Program-made: the position numbers and the translations under genes
Assembly: GCA_013359225.1 (NCBI GenBank)
Contig: JABWCG010000001.1
Coordinates: 134,410-198,409, forward strand
Direction of reading: 5' to 3'
Source: Candidatus Buchananbacteria bacterium
Lineage (GTDB): Bacteria; Patescibacteriota; Patescibacteriia; Buchananbacterales; UBA6539
DNA length: 64,000 bases
Shown here: positions 48,111 through 56,379 of the stretch, one piece after another
How positions within the stretch are numbered: the first letter of the stretch is position 1
Layout of the letters: each line of letters begins with the position of its first letter
The notes under the pieces: model-generated
What the model saw: the letters and a program-made list of their open reading frames with translations, nothing else
What the model was told of the DNA's origin: nothing
Databases searched by the model: none

Positions 48111-48542
48111 TTAGGTTAGTGAGTTAAGAATGTAAGTTAAGACAACGCCCCAGATGAACCCTCCGGTAACTTCAAAGACGCTGTGTCCCATTCGTTCCCG
48201 AAATAGTGGAAGCTGTTTTTGATCCGCGACCGGCATTTTTTTAATAAGTTGATTAAAAACTGCTGCCTGCTTACCTAGAATATTACGGAAACCAACAGCG
48301 TCGCGCATAATCAACAGCGCAAAAACTAAACTAACCGCAAAGATGGCAGAATCAAAGCCAAGTCGCAGCCCAACGAGCGTTGAAATGGAAATGGCAAAAG
48401 CGGTGTGGGCCGATGGCATGCCGCCGTAGCTGATAAAAATATTCTTTAGGTCAAAATTTCCCTTGATGCCGTCAGTCAGGAGTTTTAAAACCTGGCTGGA
48501 AATTAATGTGATAATTGGTATAATAATATATGACAGATCCAT
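48111..48542 (-). CDS. Divergent PAP2 family protein (DUF212)
   Basis: SQVLK, GGMPSAH, DAVGFR, GHS.FEV..G. Confidence 0.9.
   Translation of the reverse strand: MDLSYIIIPIITLISSQVLKLLTDGIKGNFDLKNIFISYGGMPSAHTAFAISISTLVGLRLGFDSAIFAVSLVFALLIMRDAVGFRNILGKQAAVFNQLIKKMPVADQKQLPLFRERMGHSVFEVTGGFIWGVVLTYILNSLT
48516..48524 (+). promoter_or_regulatory. Extended -10 for uppP lying inside the DUF212 coding sequence
   Basis: TGGTATAAT about 30 nt upstream of the uppP ATG. Confidence 0.5.
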
Positions 48543-48555
48543 GGTATTTATGTTT

Positions 48556-49377
48556 ATGGATTATTTTTATTCAATTTTAGCGGGAATTATCCAGGGTTTA
48601 ACCGAATTTTTGCCGGTTTCTAGTTCGGGACACCTGGTGCTGTTTCACGATTTCTTAGGCTTTGACCTGCCGGACAATGTTGCTTTTGATGTTGTTTTGC
48701 ATTTAGGTACGCTGGTGGCGTTAGTGCTGTTTTTCTTTAAAGATATTCTTAAATATCTCAAAGCTTTTATCCAAAGCCTGTACCAGTGGAATTTGAAGAA
48801 CAATAAAGATCAGTTGCTAGCCTGGTATTTACTTTTAGGAACGATTCCGGCGGCCGTGATGGGGTACTTTTTTGAAAGCGAAATTGAAACGGGGTTGCGC
48901 AATTCATTGTTTGTTGCCGTGAGCCTGATCGTCGTTGGCCTATTGCTGTGGTTTGCCGACTCGTTTTTTGCCAAGACCAAACAAATTCAAGAAATGACGT
49001 TAACCAACTCACTCATTATTGGTTTTGCCCAAACTCTGGCATTAATTCCGGGAGTTTCTCGTTCTGGCATTACTATTATAGCAGGTTTGAGCCAAAGGTT
49101 AAAACGAACCGACGCCGCCAGGTTTTCTTTTTTGCTTTCAATCCCGATTGTTTTTGCGGCCGGCATAAAAAAGACTATTGATTTGGCTAATGATGCGGCG
49201 TTTGCGTCGAGTGATTATTTGATTTTGTTAGCCGGATTTTTATCTTCGGCGATTATCGGGTATTTGTGTATTAAATATTTTTTGCAGTTTTTGCAGGAGC
49301 ATACTTTAAAAGTTTTTGTTTTTTACCGCATTGCCTTGGGAACGATAATTCTTTTAATCATTCTATTTTCAAAATAA
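48556..49377 (+). CDS. uppP: Undecaprenyl-diphosphatase
   Basis: GIIQGLTEFLPVSSSGHL, HLGT, PGVSRSG, FSFLLSIP; in-frame ATGs also at 48550 and 48541. Confidence 0.95.
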   Translation: MDYFYSILAGIIQGLTEFLPVSSSGHLVLFHDFLGFDLPDNVAFDVVLHLGTLVALVLFFFKDILKYLKAFIQSLYQWNLKNNKDQLLAWYLLLGTIPAAVMGYFFESEIETGLRNSLFVAVSLIVVGLLLWFADSFFAKTKQIQEMTLTNSLIIGFAQTLALIPGVSRSGITIIAGLSQRLKRTDAARFSFLLSIPIVFAAGIKKTIDLANDAAFASSDYLILLAGFLSSAIIGYLCIKYFLQFLQEHTLKVFVFYRIALGTIILLIILFSK

Positions 49378-49380
49378 ACA

Positions 49381-50088
49381 ATGATTGCTATTATTTTAGC
49401 CGGTGGTGAGGGGACGCGTCTTCGACCATTGACGTATGAAATGCCAAAAGCCTTAATTCCGGTTCAGGGCCGCAGTTTGACGGAGCATGTCTTTGATATC
49501 TATAAAAGGGCGGGAGTAAAAAAGATTTATTTGTCGATAGCATACATGGCTGATAAAATGAAAGAATATTTTGGCGACGGATCAAAATTTGGGTTTGATA
49601 TCGAGTACTTGGAAGAACCAGAGGCAATGGGCACCGCCGGACCGCTATTATTATTAAAAAAACAAGGTTTGATCCCGAACGAAAATTTTTTTATGTGTAA
49701 CGGTGATAATTTATTTGCGTTGGACTTGGAAAAAATGTTGCGGCACCATCAGGGTAATAATGCCGCCGCAACTATCGCGTTGACCAAGGTTGATGATCCG
49801 ACTCATTTTGGCATTGCGCGACTTGAAGGAGATAAAATTTTAGAATTTGTTGAAAAACCCAGCGTTGAACAGGCGCCTTCATCATATGCCAGTTCAGGTT
49901 ATTACATTTTATCTCCAGAAGTTTTTGATTATTTACCGGATCAGGATTTTGTTATGGTTGAACATGACCTTTGGCCGGCGCTTGCTAATGCCGGGCGGTT
50001 GTTTGGTTTTCGGTCCGATGCCCAGTGGTTTGATACCGGTACGCCGGAACGCTATAAACAAGTTGAAGAAACTTGGCGCGGAGTGTAG
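49381..50088 (+). CDS. Sugar-phosphate nucleotidyltransferase (Man-1-P guanylyltransferase-like)
   Basis: ILAGGEGTRLRPLT, PKAL, GTAG, NGD, FVEKP, WFDTGT. Confidence 0.88.
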   Translation: MIAIILAGGEGTRLRPLTYEMPKALIPVQGRSLTEHVFDIYKRAGVKKIYLSIAYMADKMKEYFGDGSKFGFDIEYLEEPEAMGTAGPLLLLKKQGLIPNENFFMCNGDNLFALDLEKMLRHHQGNNAAATIALTKVDDPTHFGIARLEGDKILEFVEKPSVEQAPSSYASSGYYILSPEVFDYLPDQDFVMVEHDLWPALANAGRLFGFRSDAQWFDTGTPERYKQVEETWRGV

Positions 50089-50094
50089 GTTATT

Positions 50095-51138
50095 ATGATT
50101 AATTTTTTTTCCCACAATCATAAAAAACAAAAAAAGGTCATTCCAATTATTTTGGGGTTGGTGATTATTTTTATTTTTGGCTGGGCGTATTATTCGTACG
50201 ATATTAAAACGCCGATTGCGGGCAGCCAGGAAACCAAAGAGTTTGTGGTTGAGCCGGGTTGGGGGAGTACAAAAATCAGCCATGAATTGAAACGTGCCGG
50301 GTTGATCCGCAATGCATATGTTTTTCAGTTATACGTTTGGACTCATGATATTGATACCCGGTTGCAGGATGGCGAATATTTCTTGTCTCCGGCTCAGAAT
50401 CTCAAAGAAATTGCTCAGATTTTAAGCCGCGGTGCCGGATTAACCAAAGAGGTAACGTTGACTTTCATTGAAGGCTGGAATAATCAGGATATTGCCGAAT
50501 ATCTGGAAGAGCTTGGGATTGCATCGCAGGACGATTTTTTTGAGATAATCCAAACCAAAGCTGATTGGTGGGATGAGTATGAATTGCTGGCCAGCCGCCC
50601 TAAAAACCACGACCTTGAGGGGTATTTGTTTCCCGACACCTACCGGGTTTTTCATGATGCTACGATTACCGATATTGTCAGGAAGACGCTGGATAATTTA
50701 GATAAAAAAATTACCCCCGAGCTTCGCCAGGAAATTAGCCGCCAGGGAAAAACTATTCATGAAATTTTAACACTGGCGTCAATCTTGGAGAAGGAAGTTT
50801 CGTCAGACAAAGATCGCAAGATTGTCGCCGATATTTTTTATAAACGCCTGGCCATTGGCATGCCGCTACAAGCCGACTCAACGGTTAATTATGCTACTGG
50901 CAAAAGTGTAGCCAGATCATCGGCAGACGATTTGCAGGCTGATAGTCCGTATAATACCTATAAACATAAGGGTTTGCCGCCTGGGCCGATTGCCAATCCA
51001 AGTTTATCATCAATTATGGCGGCAATTTATCCGGAGAAAAATGCTTATTATTATTTTCTAACAACGCCTGATGGTCATGTGGTCTATAATGAAACCCACG
51101 ACGGCCATGTGGCGGATAAGGCTAAGTATTATCGTTAA
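50095..51138 (+). CDS. mltG: Endolytic transglycosylase MltG
   Basis: N-terminal TM, LEGYLFPDTY, ASILEKE, LQADST, SPYNTY, GLPPGPI. Confidence 0.95.
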   Translation: MINFFSHNHKKQKKVIPIILGLVIIFIFGWAYYSYDIKTPIAGSQETKEFVVEPGWGSTKISHELKRAGLIRNAYVFQLYVWTHDIDTRLQDGEYFLSPAQNLKEIAQILSRGAGLTKEVTLTFIEGWNNQDIAEYLEELGIASQDDFFEIIQTKADWWDEYELLASRPKNHDLEGYLFPDTYRVFHDATITDIVRKTLDNLDKKITPELRQEISRQGKTIHEILTLASILEKEVSSDKDRKIVADIFYKRLAIGMPLQADSTVNYATGKSVARSSADDLQADSPYNTYKHKGLPPGPIANPSLSSIMAAIYPEKNAYYYFLTTPDGHVVYNETHDGHVADKAKYYR

Positions 51139-51143
51139 ATTTT

Positions 51144-51827
51144 ATGGCTAAGACAATCGTTATGTCGTTGGGTGGTAGTTTAATTGCGCCGACGACTATT
51201 GACATAAATTTTTTGAAGCGCTTTCGATCAGTTATTTTAGAGTATGTCCGAAAGGGGAATCGAGTAGTGATCATTTGTGGTGGAGGCAATACCTGTCGCG
51301 ATTACCAGAAAGCGGCACGGTTTGTTAATGAACGAATAACTAACCGTGATTTAGACTGGATTGGTATTGCCAGCACCAAACTGAATGCAGAATTAATCAG
51401 CGGTATTTTTGGCGATAAGGCATATGAAAGTATTCTGCAGGATCCGGCCCGTCGGGTGCCGACAAATAAGTTGATTATTGTTGGCGCCGGCTTTGAACCG
51501 GGATCGTCATCCGATAAGGACGCAGTGCTGGCCGCCAAAGCGTTTGGAGCTAAGACCGTGATTAACTTATCAAATATTACCTACGTTTATGATAAGGACC
51601 CCAGAAAATACAAAGACGCCCAACCCCAAAAACAGATGAGTTGGAAAAGTTTCCGAAAATTGGTTGGTAACAAGTGGGTGCCGGGTGCTCATGTACCGTT
51701 TGATCCAGTGGCAAGTTCTTTGGCTCAGAGCTGGAAGATGGATTTAGTGGTACTAAAGGGCAGTGATTTGATTAATTTAAAAAAATATCTCGCCGGTGCT
51801 AAATTTCGCGGCACGGTTGTTTCCTAA
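51144..51827 (+). CDS. pyrH: UMP kinase (archaeal-type)
   Basis: SLGGSL, CGGG, DWIGI, PGSSSD, VYDKDP, PFDPVA. Confidence 0.9.
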   Translation: MAKTIVMSLGGSLIAPTTIDINFLKRFRSVILEYVRKGNRVVIICGGGNTCRDYQKAARFVNERITNRDLDWIGIASTKLNAELISGIFGDKAYESILQDPARRVPTNKLIIVGAGFEPGSSSDKDAVLAAKAFGAKTVINLSNITYVYDKDPRKYKDAQPQKQMSWKSFRKLVGNKWVPGAHVPFDPVASSLAQSWKMDLVVLKGSDLINLKKYLAGAKFRGTVVS

Positions 51828-51832
51828 AAATC

Positions 51833-51861
51833 TTGACAAATTAAGTCTGAATCGCTATACT
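51833..51861 (+). promoter_or_regulatory. Near-consensus sigma70 promoter of the orphan pair
   Basis: TTGACA-17 bp-TATACT. Confidence 0.75.
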
Positions 51862-51949
51862 ACCTGGATACGTTCGTACCTTAATTTGTCTAGTCTGGCG
51901 TTATCGAAACGCTACTTTGTTGCAACCCCACTCACGGAGGAAAAAGAGC

Positions 51950-52459
51950 ATGGAGAAGGTTGGAAGGATGGCACCAGCGACTGTCTCGGACAGTTTTGGT
52001 GCTGATTTTTACGGCAAACTGTTCTGGTGTGCCGTAGGATTTTTCGTGGTGGCGTTTGCACCCACATATCTGCTGGTGAACAACATGCATTTGTTAAAGG
52101 GACATGAGTTCGCTTTGCAGATATTTCTGGCGGTGTTCTTCGACTTTGCCGCAACGTTGATGACGTTTATGGCGATTGTCATCATCAAGGCTTTCGCTGA
52201 GGTGTTTTTCACCGGCAACCGGCGGATCTTGTATTTCGAAGTGTTTTTCGGCACTATCGTTGCCAACGTTTTGGTCGATATTCCGACCTATCTGTTGCTT
52301 GGTAAATATCACTTTATTCCGCAAGACGACGTTTTGGGAAAAGTGGTGTTGGCCGTGTCGTTGGGAGGATCGGCAGTTTTTCTGGGTTTTATTTGCTGCA
52401 TGGTGACCCTTGCGGTCATTAAGATAGTTTCTGAAAGGAAACAAACACAAACAAACTGA
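51950..52459 (+). CDS. Orphan 4-TM membrane protein
   Basis: Start re-called to ATG 51950 after GGAGG; four hydrophobic segments. Confidence 0.7.
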   Translation: MEKVGRMAPATVSDSFGADFYGKLFWCAVGFFVVAFAPTYLLVNNMHLLKGHEFALQIFLAVFFDFAATLMTFMAIVIIKAFAEVFFTGNRRILYFEVFFGTIVANVLVDIPTYLLLGKYHFIPQDDVLGKVVLAVSLGGSAVFLGFICCMVTLAVIKIVSERKQTQTN

Positions 52460-52475
52460 AAACCACAAGGAGCAA

Positions 52476-52703
52476 ATGAACGAGATGACGGAATCAGGAT
52501 GCAAGTATAGCGTTGGTAACCGGCTGGTGGTCCTCAACGGAGAACACGCCGGCGTGAGCGTGGAGGTAGTTGGTTTGCCCAAAGCTACCGACAATACCTA
52601 TCGCTGTCGGATCAAGAGCGGTGTTGATGAAGGAAACTATGTTTCCGTTGGCGAAGAGCTTCTTGAGCTGCCAGAAGACGCGCAAACGCAGAAAGCCAGC
52701 TAG
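52476..52703 (+). CDS. Orphan small beta-barrel (KOW/SH3-like) protein
   Basis: AAGGAG before ATG; YSVGNRLVVLNGEHAGVSVEVV resembles a KOW motif. Confidence 0.65.
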   Translation: MNEMTESGCKYSVGNRLVVLNGEHAGVSVEVVGLPKATDNTYRCRIKSGVDEGNYVSVGEELLELPEDAQTQKAS

Positions 52704-52736
52704 AACTAGAATTAGCCTGATTTTCAGGCAATGTCA

Positions 52737-52770
52737 GGGGAGTTTTCTTGCTTAGGAAACCCTCTTTTTT
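52737..52770 (+). terminator. Terminator after the orphan pair
   Basis: GGGAGTTTTCT..AGGAAACCCTC imperfect stem followed by TTTTTT. Confidence 0.55.
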
Positions 52771-52776
52771 ATATCC

Positions 52777-52805
52777 TTGACTTTTTTTTACGGAATTGTT
52801 AATCT
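52777..52805 (+). promoter_or_regulatory. Promoter of rplJL
   Basis: TTGACT-17 bp-TAATCT with TG extension. Confidence 0.6.
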
Positions 52806-52822
52806 AATTAAGTAAATTTAAT

Positions 52823-52932
52823 AAGACCACAGACCGTTGGGGCAAAAATTGCTTAAATTAGCTAAAACTAGCCCGACGCAGGTAATACTTTTTAGCCTCT
52901 GGCTAAAAATAATGCTATAATTCTGTGGTTTT
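52823..52932 (+). promoter_or_regulatory. Ribosomal protein L10 leader (cis-regulatory RNA)
   Basis: AGACCGTTGGGGC..GCTTAA..CCCGACGCAGGT core closed by ACCACAG/CTGTGGT pairing, directly upstream of rplJ. Confidence 0.75.
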
Positions 52933-52965
52933 TACCACATTTTTTTATTTAATCCTAATAGTAAT

Positions 52966-53490
52966 ATGGCTAAAACAAGACAAAAGAAAGAAAAAATGGT
53001 TAAAGATTTGGCCGATAAAGTAGGCAAAGCCAAGTCGCTAGTTTTTGTGAGCTTTGATGGCCTGAAGGTTAAAGAAGTTGAAGAATTGCGTCGCACTTTC
53101 AGAGCGGAAAATGTTGATTATTTGGTTGCTAAAAAGACCTTAATGAATGTTGCCTTTAAGGAGGCAGGTGTTGAGGGCTTTGATTCTAAGGCCTTTACCA
53201 AGGAAGTTGCAACTGTTATTGGTTATGACGATGAAGTTGCTCCAGCTCGGATGGTGGAAAAGTTTTCCAAAGATCATGAAGCTTTGAAATCAATTGGTGG
53301 TGTGCTGGAAGGTAAATTCGTCAGTCGGGAAAAAGTAGTAGAGTTGTCAAAGTTGCCTTCACGTGATGAATTATTGGCGAAGGTTGTTGGCTCAATTAAC
53401 GCCCCAGTGTCTGGTTTCGTTAATGTTTTGGCTGGCAATTTGCGTAATTTTGTTTACGTTTTGAATGCGATTAAAAGTTCTAAAAATTAA
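52966..53490 (+). CDS. rplJ: 50S ribosomal protein L10
   Basis: GLKVKEVEELR, VAKKTL, LSKLPSRDELLA. Confidence 0.97.
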   Translation: MAKTRQKKEKMVKDLADKVGKAKSLVFVSFDGLKVKEVEELRRTFRAENVDYLVAKKTLMNVAFKEAGVEGFDSKAFTKEVATVIGYDDEVAPARMVEKFSKDHEALKSIGGVLEGKFVSREKVVELSKLPSRDELLAKVVGSINAPVSGFVNVLAGNLRNFVYVLNAIKSSKN

Positions 53491-53518
53491 GATAATTAAA
53501 ATTTAAGGAAATAATATT

Positions 53519-53920
53519 ATGACGGAAGAAAAAAAAGAAGTCACAGTTCCAGAGAAATTCAAATCTTTGGTGTCTGAGATCGAAAAGATGTCAGTTCTAG
53601 ATTTGGCCGAATTGGTCAAGGTTCTAGAAGAAAAATTTGGTGTTTCAGCCGCCGCTCCGGTTGCTGCCATGGCAGTTGCTGGTGGTGCCGCTGAAGCTGC
53701 CGAAGAAAAGACTGAATTCACTGTTGAGCTCACTGCTGCAGGTGACAACAAGATCGGTGTCATTAAGGCAGTTCGCAGCGTAACTGATCTTGGTTTGAAA
53801 GAAGCTAAAGATTTAGTTGACGGCGCTCCAAAGGTTATCAAAGAAGGCGTTAAGAAAGAAGACGCTGAAGCAATGAAAAAGACTTTGCAGGAAGCCGGCG
53901 CTACCGTTACTCTGAAGTAA
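53519..53920 (+). CDS. rplL: 50S ribosomal protein L7/L12
   Basis: [34 protein letters not shown]. Confidence 0.98.
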   Translation: MTEEKKEVTVPEKFKSLVSEIEKMSVLDLAELVKVLEEKFGVSAAAPVAAMAVAGGAAEAAEEKTEFTVELTAAGDNKIGVIKAVRSVTDLGLKEAKDLVDGAPKVIKEGVKKEDAEAMKKTLQEAGATVTLK

Positions 53921-53930
53921 TTTTACACAC

Positions 53931-53974
53931 ATAAAAAACACCGAAGGCTTTAAAAACCGTCGGTGTTTTTTTAT
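53931..53974. terminator. Bidirectional terminator after rplL
   Basis: AAAAAACACCGA / TCGGTGTTTTTT inverted repeat. Confidence 0.85.
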
Positions 53975-56302
53975 TTAGTTAAGATGGTCGGCGCCAAAGC
54001 CAATAATAGAGGTGCCGTTCAGGACGTAGATTTGTTTTGTTTTTTCCAGGACTACAAAATCTTTTAGATCGTTAAACTGTTCGGAATAATACTGGTTGAT
54101 TAGGTTGCCTTCCTTATCGAGTACCACAAGTCGTTTAGTGGCCGGATCAAGAACGTATAAGTATTTTGTCGCTTCAGAGGTTCGGATTTTTGTCGGCGAC
54201 TGTAAGGGGGGATCAATTGTTTTAATTTTGAATTCAACCGCTTGGCCGTTTTCAAATTTTAGAATTTCGCCTGTTTTTTTGATAACATAGATTGCTCCAT
54301 CAATGGTGAGCGAAGCCGCACCAGACAGATCAACTTCTTGCCGTAGCCAATTTTGAACACCGCCAAAGCTGTTGCCGGTTTTAGTGTAGCGGTAAATTTG
54401 GTTTGTCGCTTCATCAAGGAGATAAATTCGGGAATTAAATGAAGTGACGTCAACAATATTGCTGCCGTTATTGATGTTAATGGTCAGGGAGCTGAGTGAA
54501 TCGTTATTTGGATTGAGTTGGAAAGCGGTTAATGAATCATTAAAGAATATTAGTTCGTTTTCGCTCAAGGCGGTGGTCATCACAAAATTTCCGGCGTCAG
54601 CGGTTGGAGAAACAATTGCTGACATCACCCGAGTGTCCAGGTTTGCTTTATAAAGCGCTTTATTGTTGGTGTTTTGAGTGTATATAATGTTTTTACTGAT
54701 GTTTGCTACCGGAGCAATATTGGCCTGGCTATCCAGGTTTTGGAAGTTTACAATCTGAATTGGATCTTTTATCTCAATGAAGTGGCGTAATTTTTGAAGC
54801 TCCTCCTCAATTTGGGCGACAAGCTGTGTGGACTTTTCCTGCTGAGTCTTGGTTATTGGCGTACCGTTTGTGAGCATCGTTTTAGCATTAAGTAGCAGGT
54901 CCCGGGCCTGCGCTTCATCGCGATAGATTAAGCTCGCCTGAGCTTCATTTTTTTTGCTCTCAGCATCAAATATCAACTGGTTAAAAACCTCAATTTTTTG
55001 TTCGCGGTTATTTTTAATTGACAGCCAGATAACGCTTTGAGAAAAAAGTATTGCAAAAAGTACAGCAATAACCAATAAAATTTTACTGGAAGCCGGCAGG
55101 GTTTTAAATTTTTTAAGCAGTTGGCCGCCAAGCAAACGAAATGGATTAGAAATTTTTTGCCAAATTGACTGATGAATAACTATCCGGTAAAGGCTTTTTG
55201 TGACCTGTAGCGCTGGGGCGGCAACTTTGGCGACGGGCTCAACAACTTTTTTAGCTAGTGCAGTTTTATTTGGCTGGTGTTTAAATTTAAAGCCAAAATT
55301 TGGGCGGGGGATGTTAATTTTTGGTGTTGACAACGATCCTGGTTTAAGAACGACTTTATTCTTCTGATAGAAGGTGTTGGTTGAGCTTTTTGCCTTTTCA
55401 AGGTAGTTAGAAAAGGCAGTTTTAAATGACCCGGCGTACTTTTTGATTTCCGGAAACAGTGAGGGGGTAAGCAGCTTTTCAGTTTCCTGCTCAGTGCGCA
55501 CTAATTCTTTAATTGAATCCTGAGACGCCGCCTCGCGGTAATTGAATTGTTCAATACTAACAGTCTTTTTGGCGGGAACTGTTACCCGGTCTAGATCAAT
55601 TGTGACACAACCAAAACTTTCATGGCCGTTAAGCCGTTCTAAAAGATCTTTTAACTCTTTTAGTCCGTCTTGCGGTACGGTTGCGGTCAGTAAATTTTTG
55701 ACCCGGTCTAGAGAAAAATAATCAAGGACGTTTGAGCTGGCGAGCAGCAATACATCGCGCGGACGAATGCGGCCGGTGACAACCTGGGAAAAAAATTTAA
55801 AAGGCTCTGCGGTGGTGATGGGGTATTGCGAAGCCTCTAGTATATTAATAATCCGGTAATTACCGCTGGTTAAGTTATAAAGCAAAATGGCCGAGATATC
55901 GCCTACGGCAGTGAAATGAAGCTCTTGGTTGTGAATCAGGGCGATAACGATGTTGATTTTATTTAGATCAACGGTAATTTGTTTGGTTTCCAGGAATGAA
56001 GCGACGGTAAGGTTGGTTTTTTTGAGTGCATCTTCAAATAAATCTGAAATTGAAAAAGTTCCCGGTTCGCGGAAACGATTGCTCGTCGGTCGGTAATAAT
56101 TGTTTTTAATCTCCTCAATGATTAAATCAATCAGTTCGGGAATCTTTTCATCAGTGTTTTTGATCTCAATCAGGCCTAATATTTTTCCGTAGCTATTGAG
56201 CAGCTGTTTTGAGGGCTTGGTGGAAAACGTTCGGACAAAGTTTTTTTGTTTACCAGAATACTCAACAACTAACTGGTTGATTTTTGCTTCCAGATAGTCC
56301 AT
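53975..56302 (-). CDS. Single-pass membrane protein: degenerate PP2C-like N-terminus, C-terminal beta-propeller
   Basis: HFTAVGDISAILL and DVLLLASS resemble PPM strands; one TM; repeated IYLLD/IYVI/LYVLD/IYVL blades. Confidence 0.65.
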   Translation of the reverse strand: MDYLEAKINQLVVEYSGKQKNFVRTFSTKPSKQLLNSYGKILGLIEIKNTDEKIPELIDLIIEEIKNNYYRPTSNRFREPGTFSISDLFEDALKKTNLTVASFLETKQITVDLNKINIVIALIHNQELHFTAVGDISAILLYNLTSGNYRIINILEASQYPITTAEPFKFFSQVVTGRIRPRDVLLLASSNVLDYFSLDRVKNLLTATVPQDGLKELKDLLERLNGHESFGCVTIDLDRVTVPAKKTVSIEQFNYREAASQDSIKELVRTEQETEKLLTPSLFPEIKKYAGSFKTAFSNYLEKAKSSTNTFYQKNKVVLKPGSLSTPKINIPRPNFGFKFKHQPNKTALAKKVVEPVAKVAAPALQVTKSLYRIVIHQSIWQKISNPFRLLGGQLLKKFKTLPASSKILLVIAVLFAILFSQSVIWLSIKNNREQKIEVFNQLIFDAESKKNEAQASLIYRDEAQARDLLLNAKTMLTNGTPITKTQQEKSTQLVAQIEEELQKLRHFIEIKDPIQIVNFQNLDSQANIAPVANISKNIIYTQNTNNKALYKANLDTRVMSAIVSPTADAGNFVMTTALSENELIFFNDSLTAFQLNPNNDSLSSLTININNGSNIVDVTSFNSRIYLLDEATNQIYRYTKTGNSFGGVQNWLRQEVDLSGAASLTIDGAIYVIKKTGEILKFENGQAVEFKIKTIDPPLQSPTKIRTSEATKYLYVLDPATKRLVVLDKEGNLINQYYSEQFNDLKDFVVLEKTKQIYVLNGTSIIGFGADHLN

Positions 56303-56315
56303 TATTTGGTTGAAT

Positions 56316-56344
56316 TTGTCAGTAATTAACTATTATATTATACT
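56316..56344 (+). promoter_or_regulatory. Promoter of the HTH-hydrolase-tsaB operon
   Basis: TTGTCA-17 bp-TATACT. Confidence 0.6.
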
Positions 56345-56379
56345 ATAAATAAGCTTTTTAGGTAAATGGTCATTTTTCT

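Noticed and set aside
48463-48555. UppP extension overlapping DUF212
   Set aside because: Antisense to a clear gene; UppP homology starts at MDYFYSILAG
52094-52594. 166-aa minus-strand ORF
   Set aside because: Antisense to two plus-strand ORFs that have promoter, SD and terminator support
53503-53841. 112-aa antisense ORF over rplL, and similar shadow ORFs over rmlA, murD, murC, murB, secA
   Set aside because: Expected mirror frames of conserved genes with no independent motifs or signals
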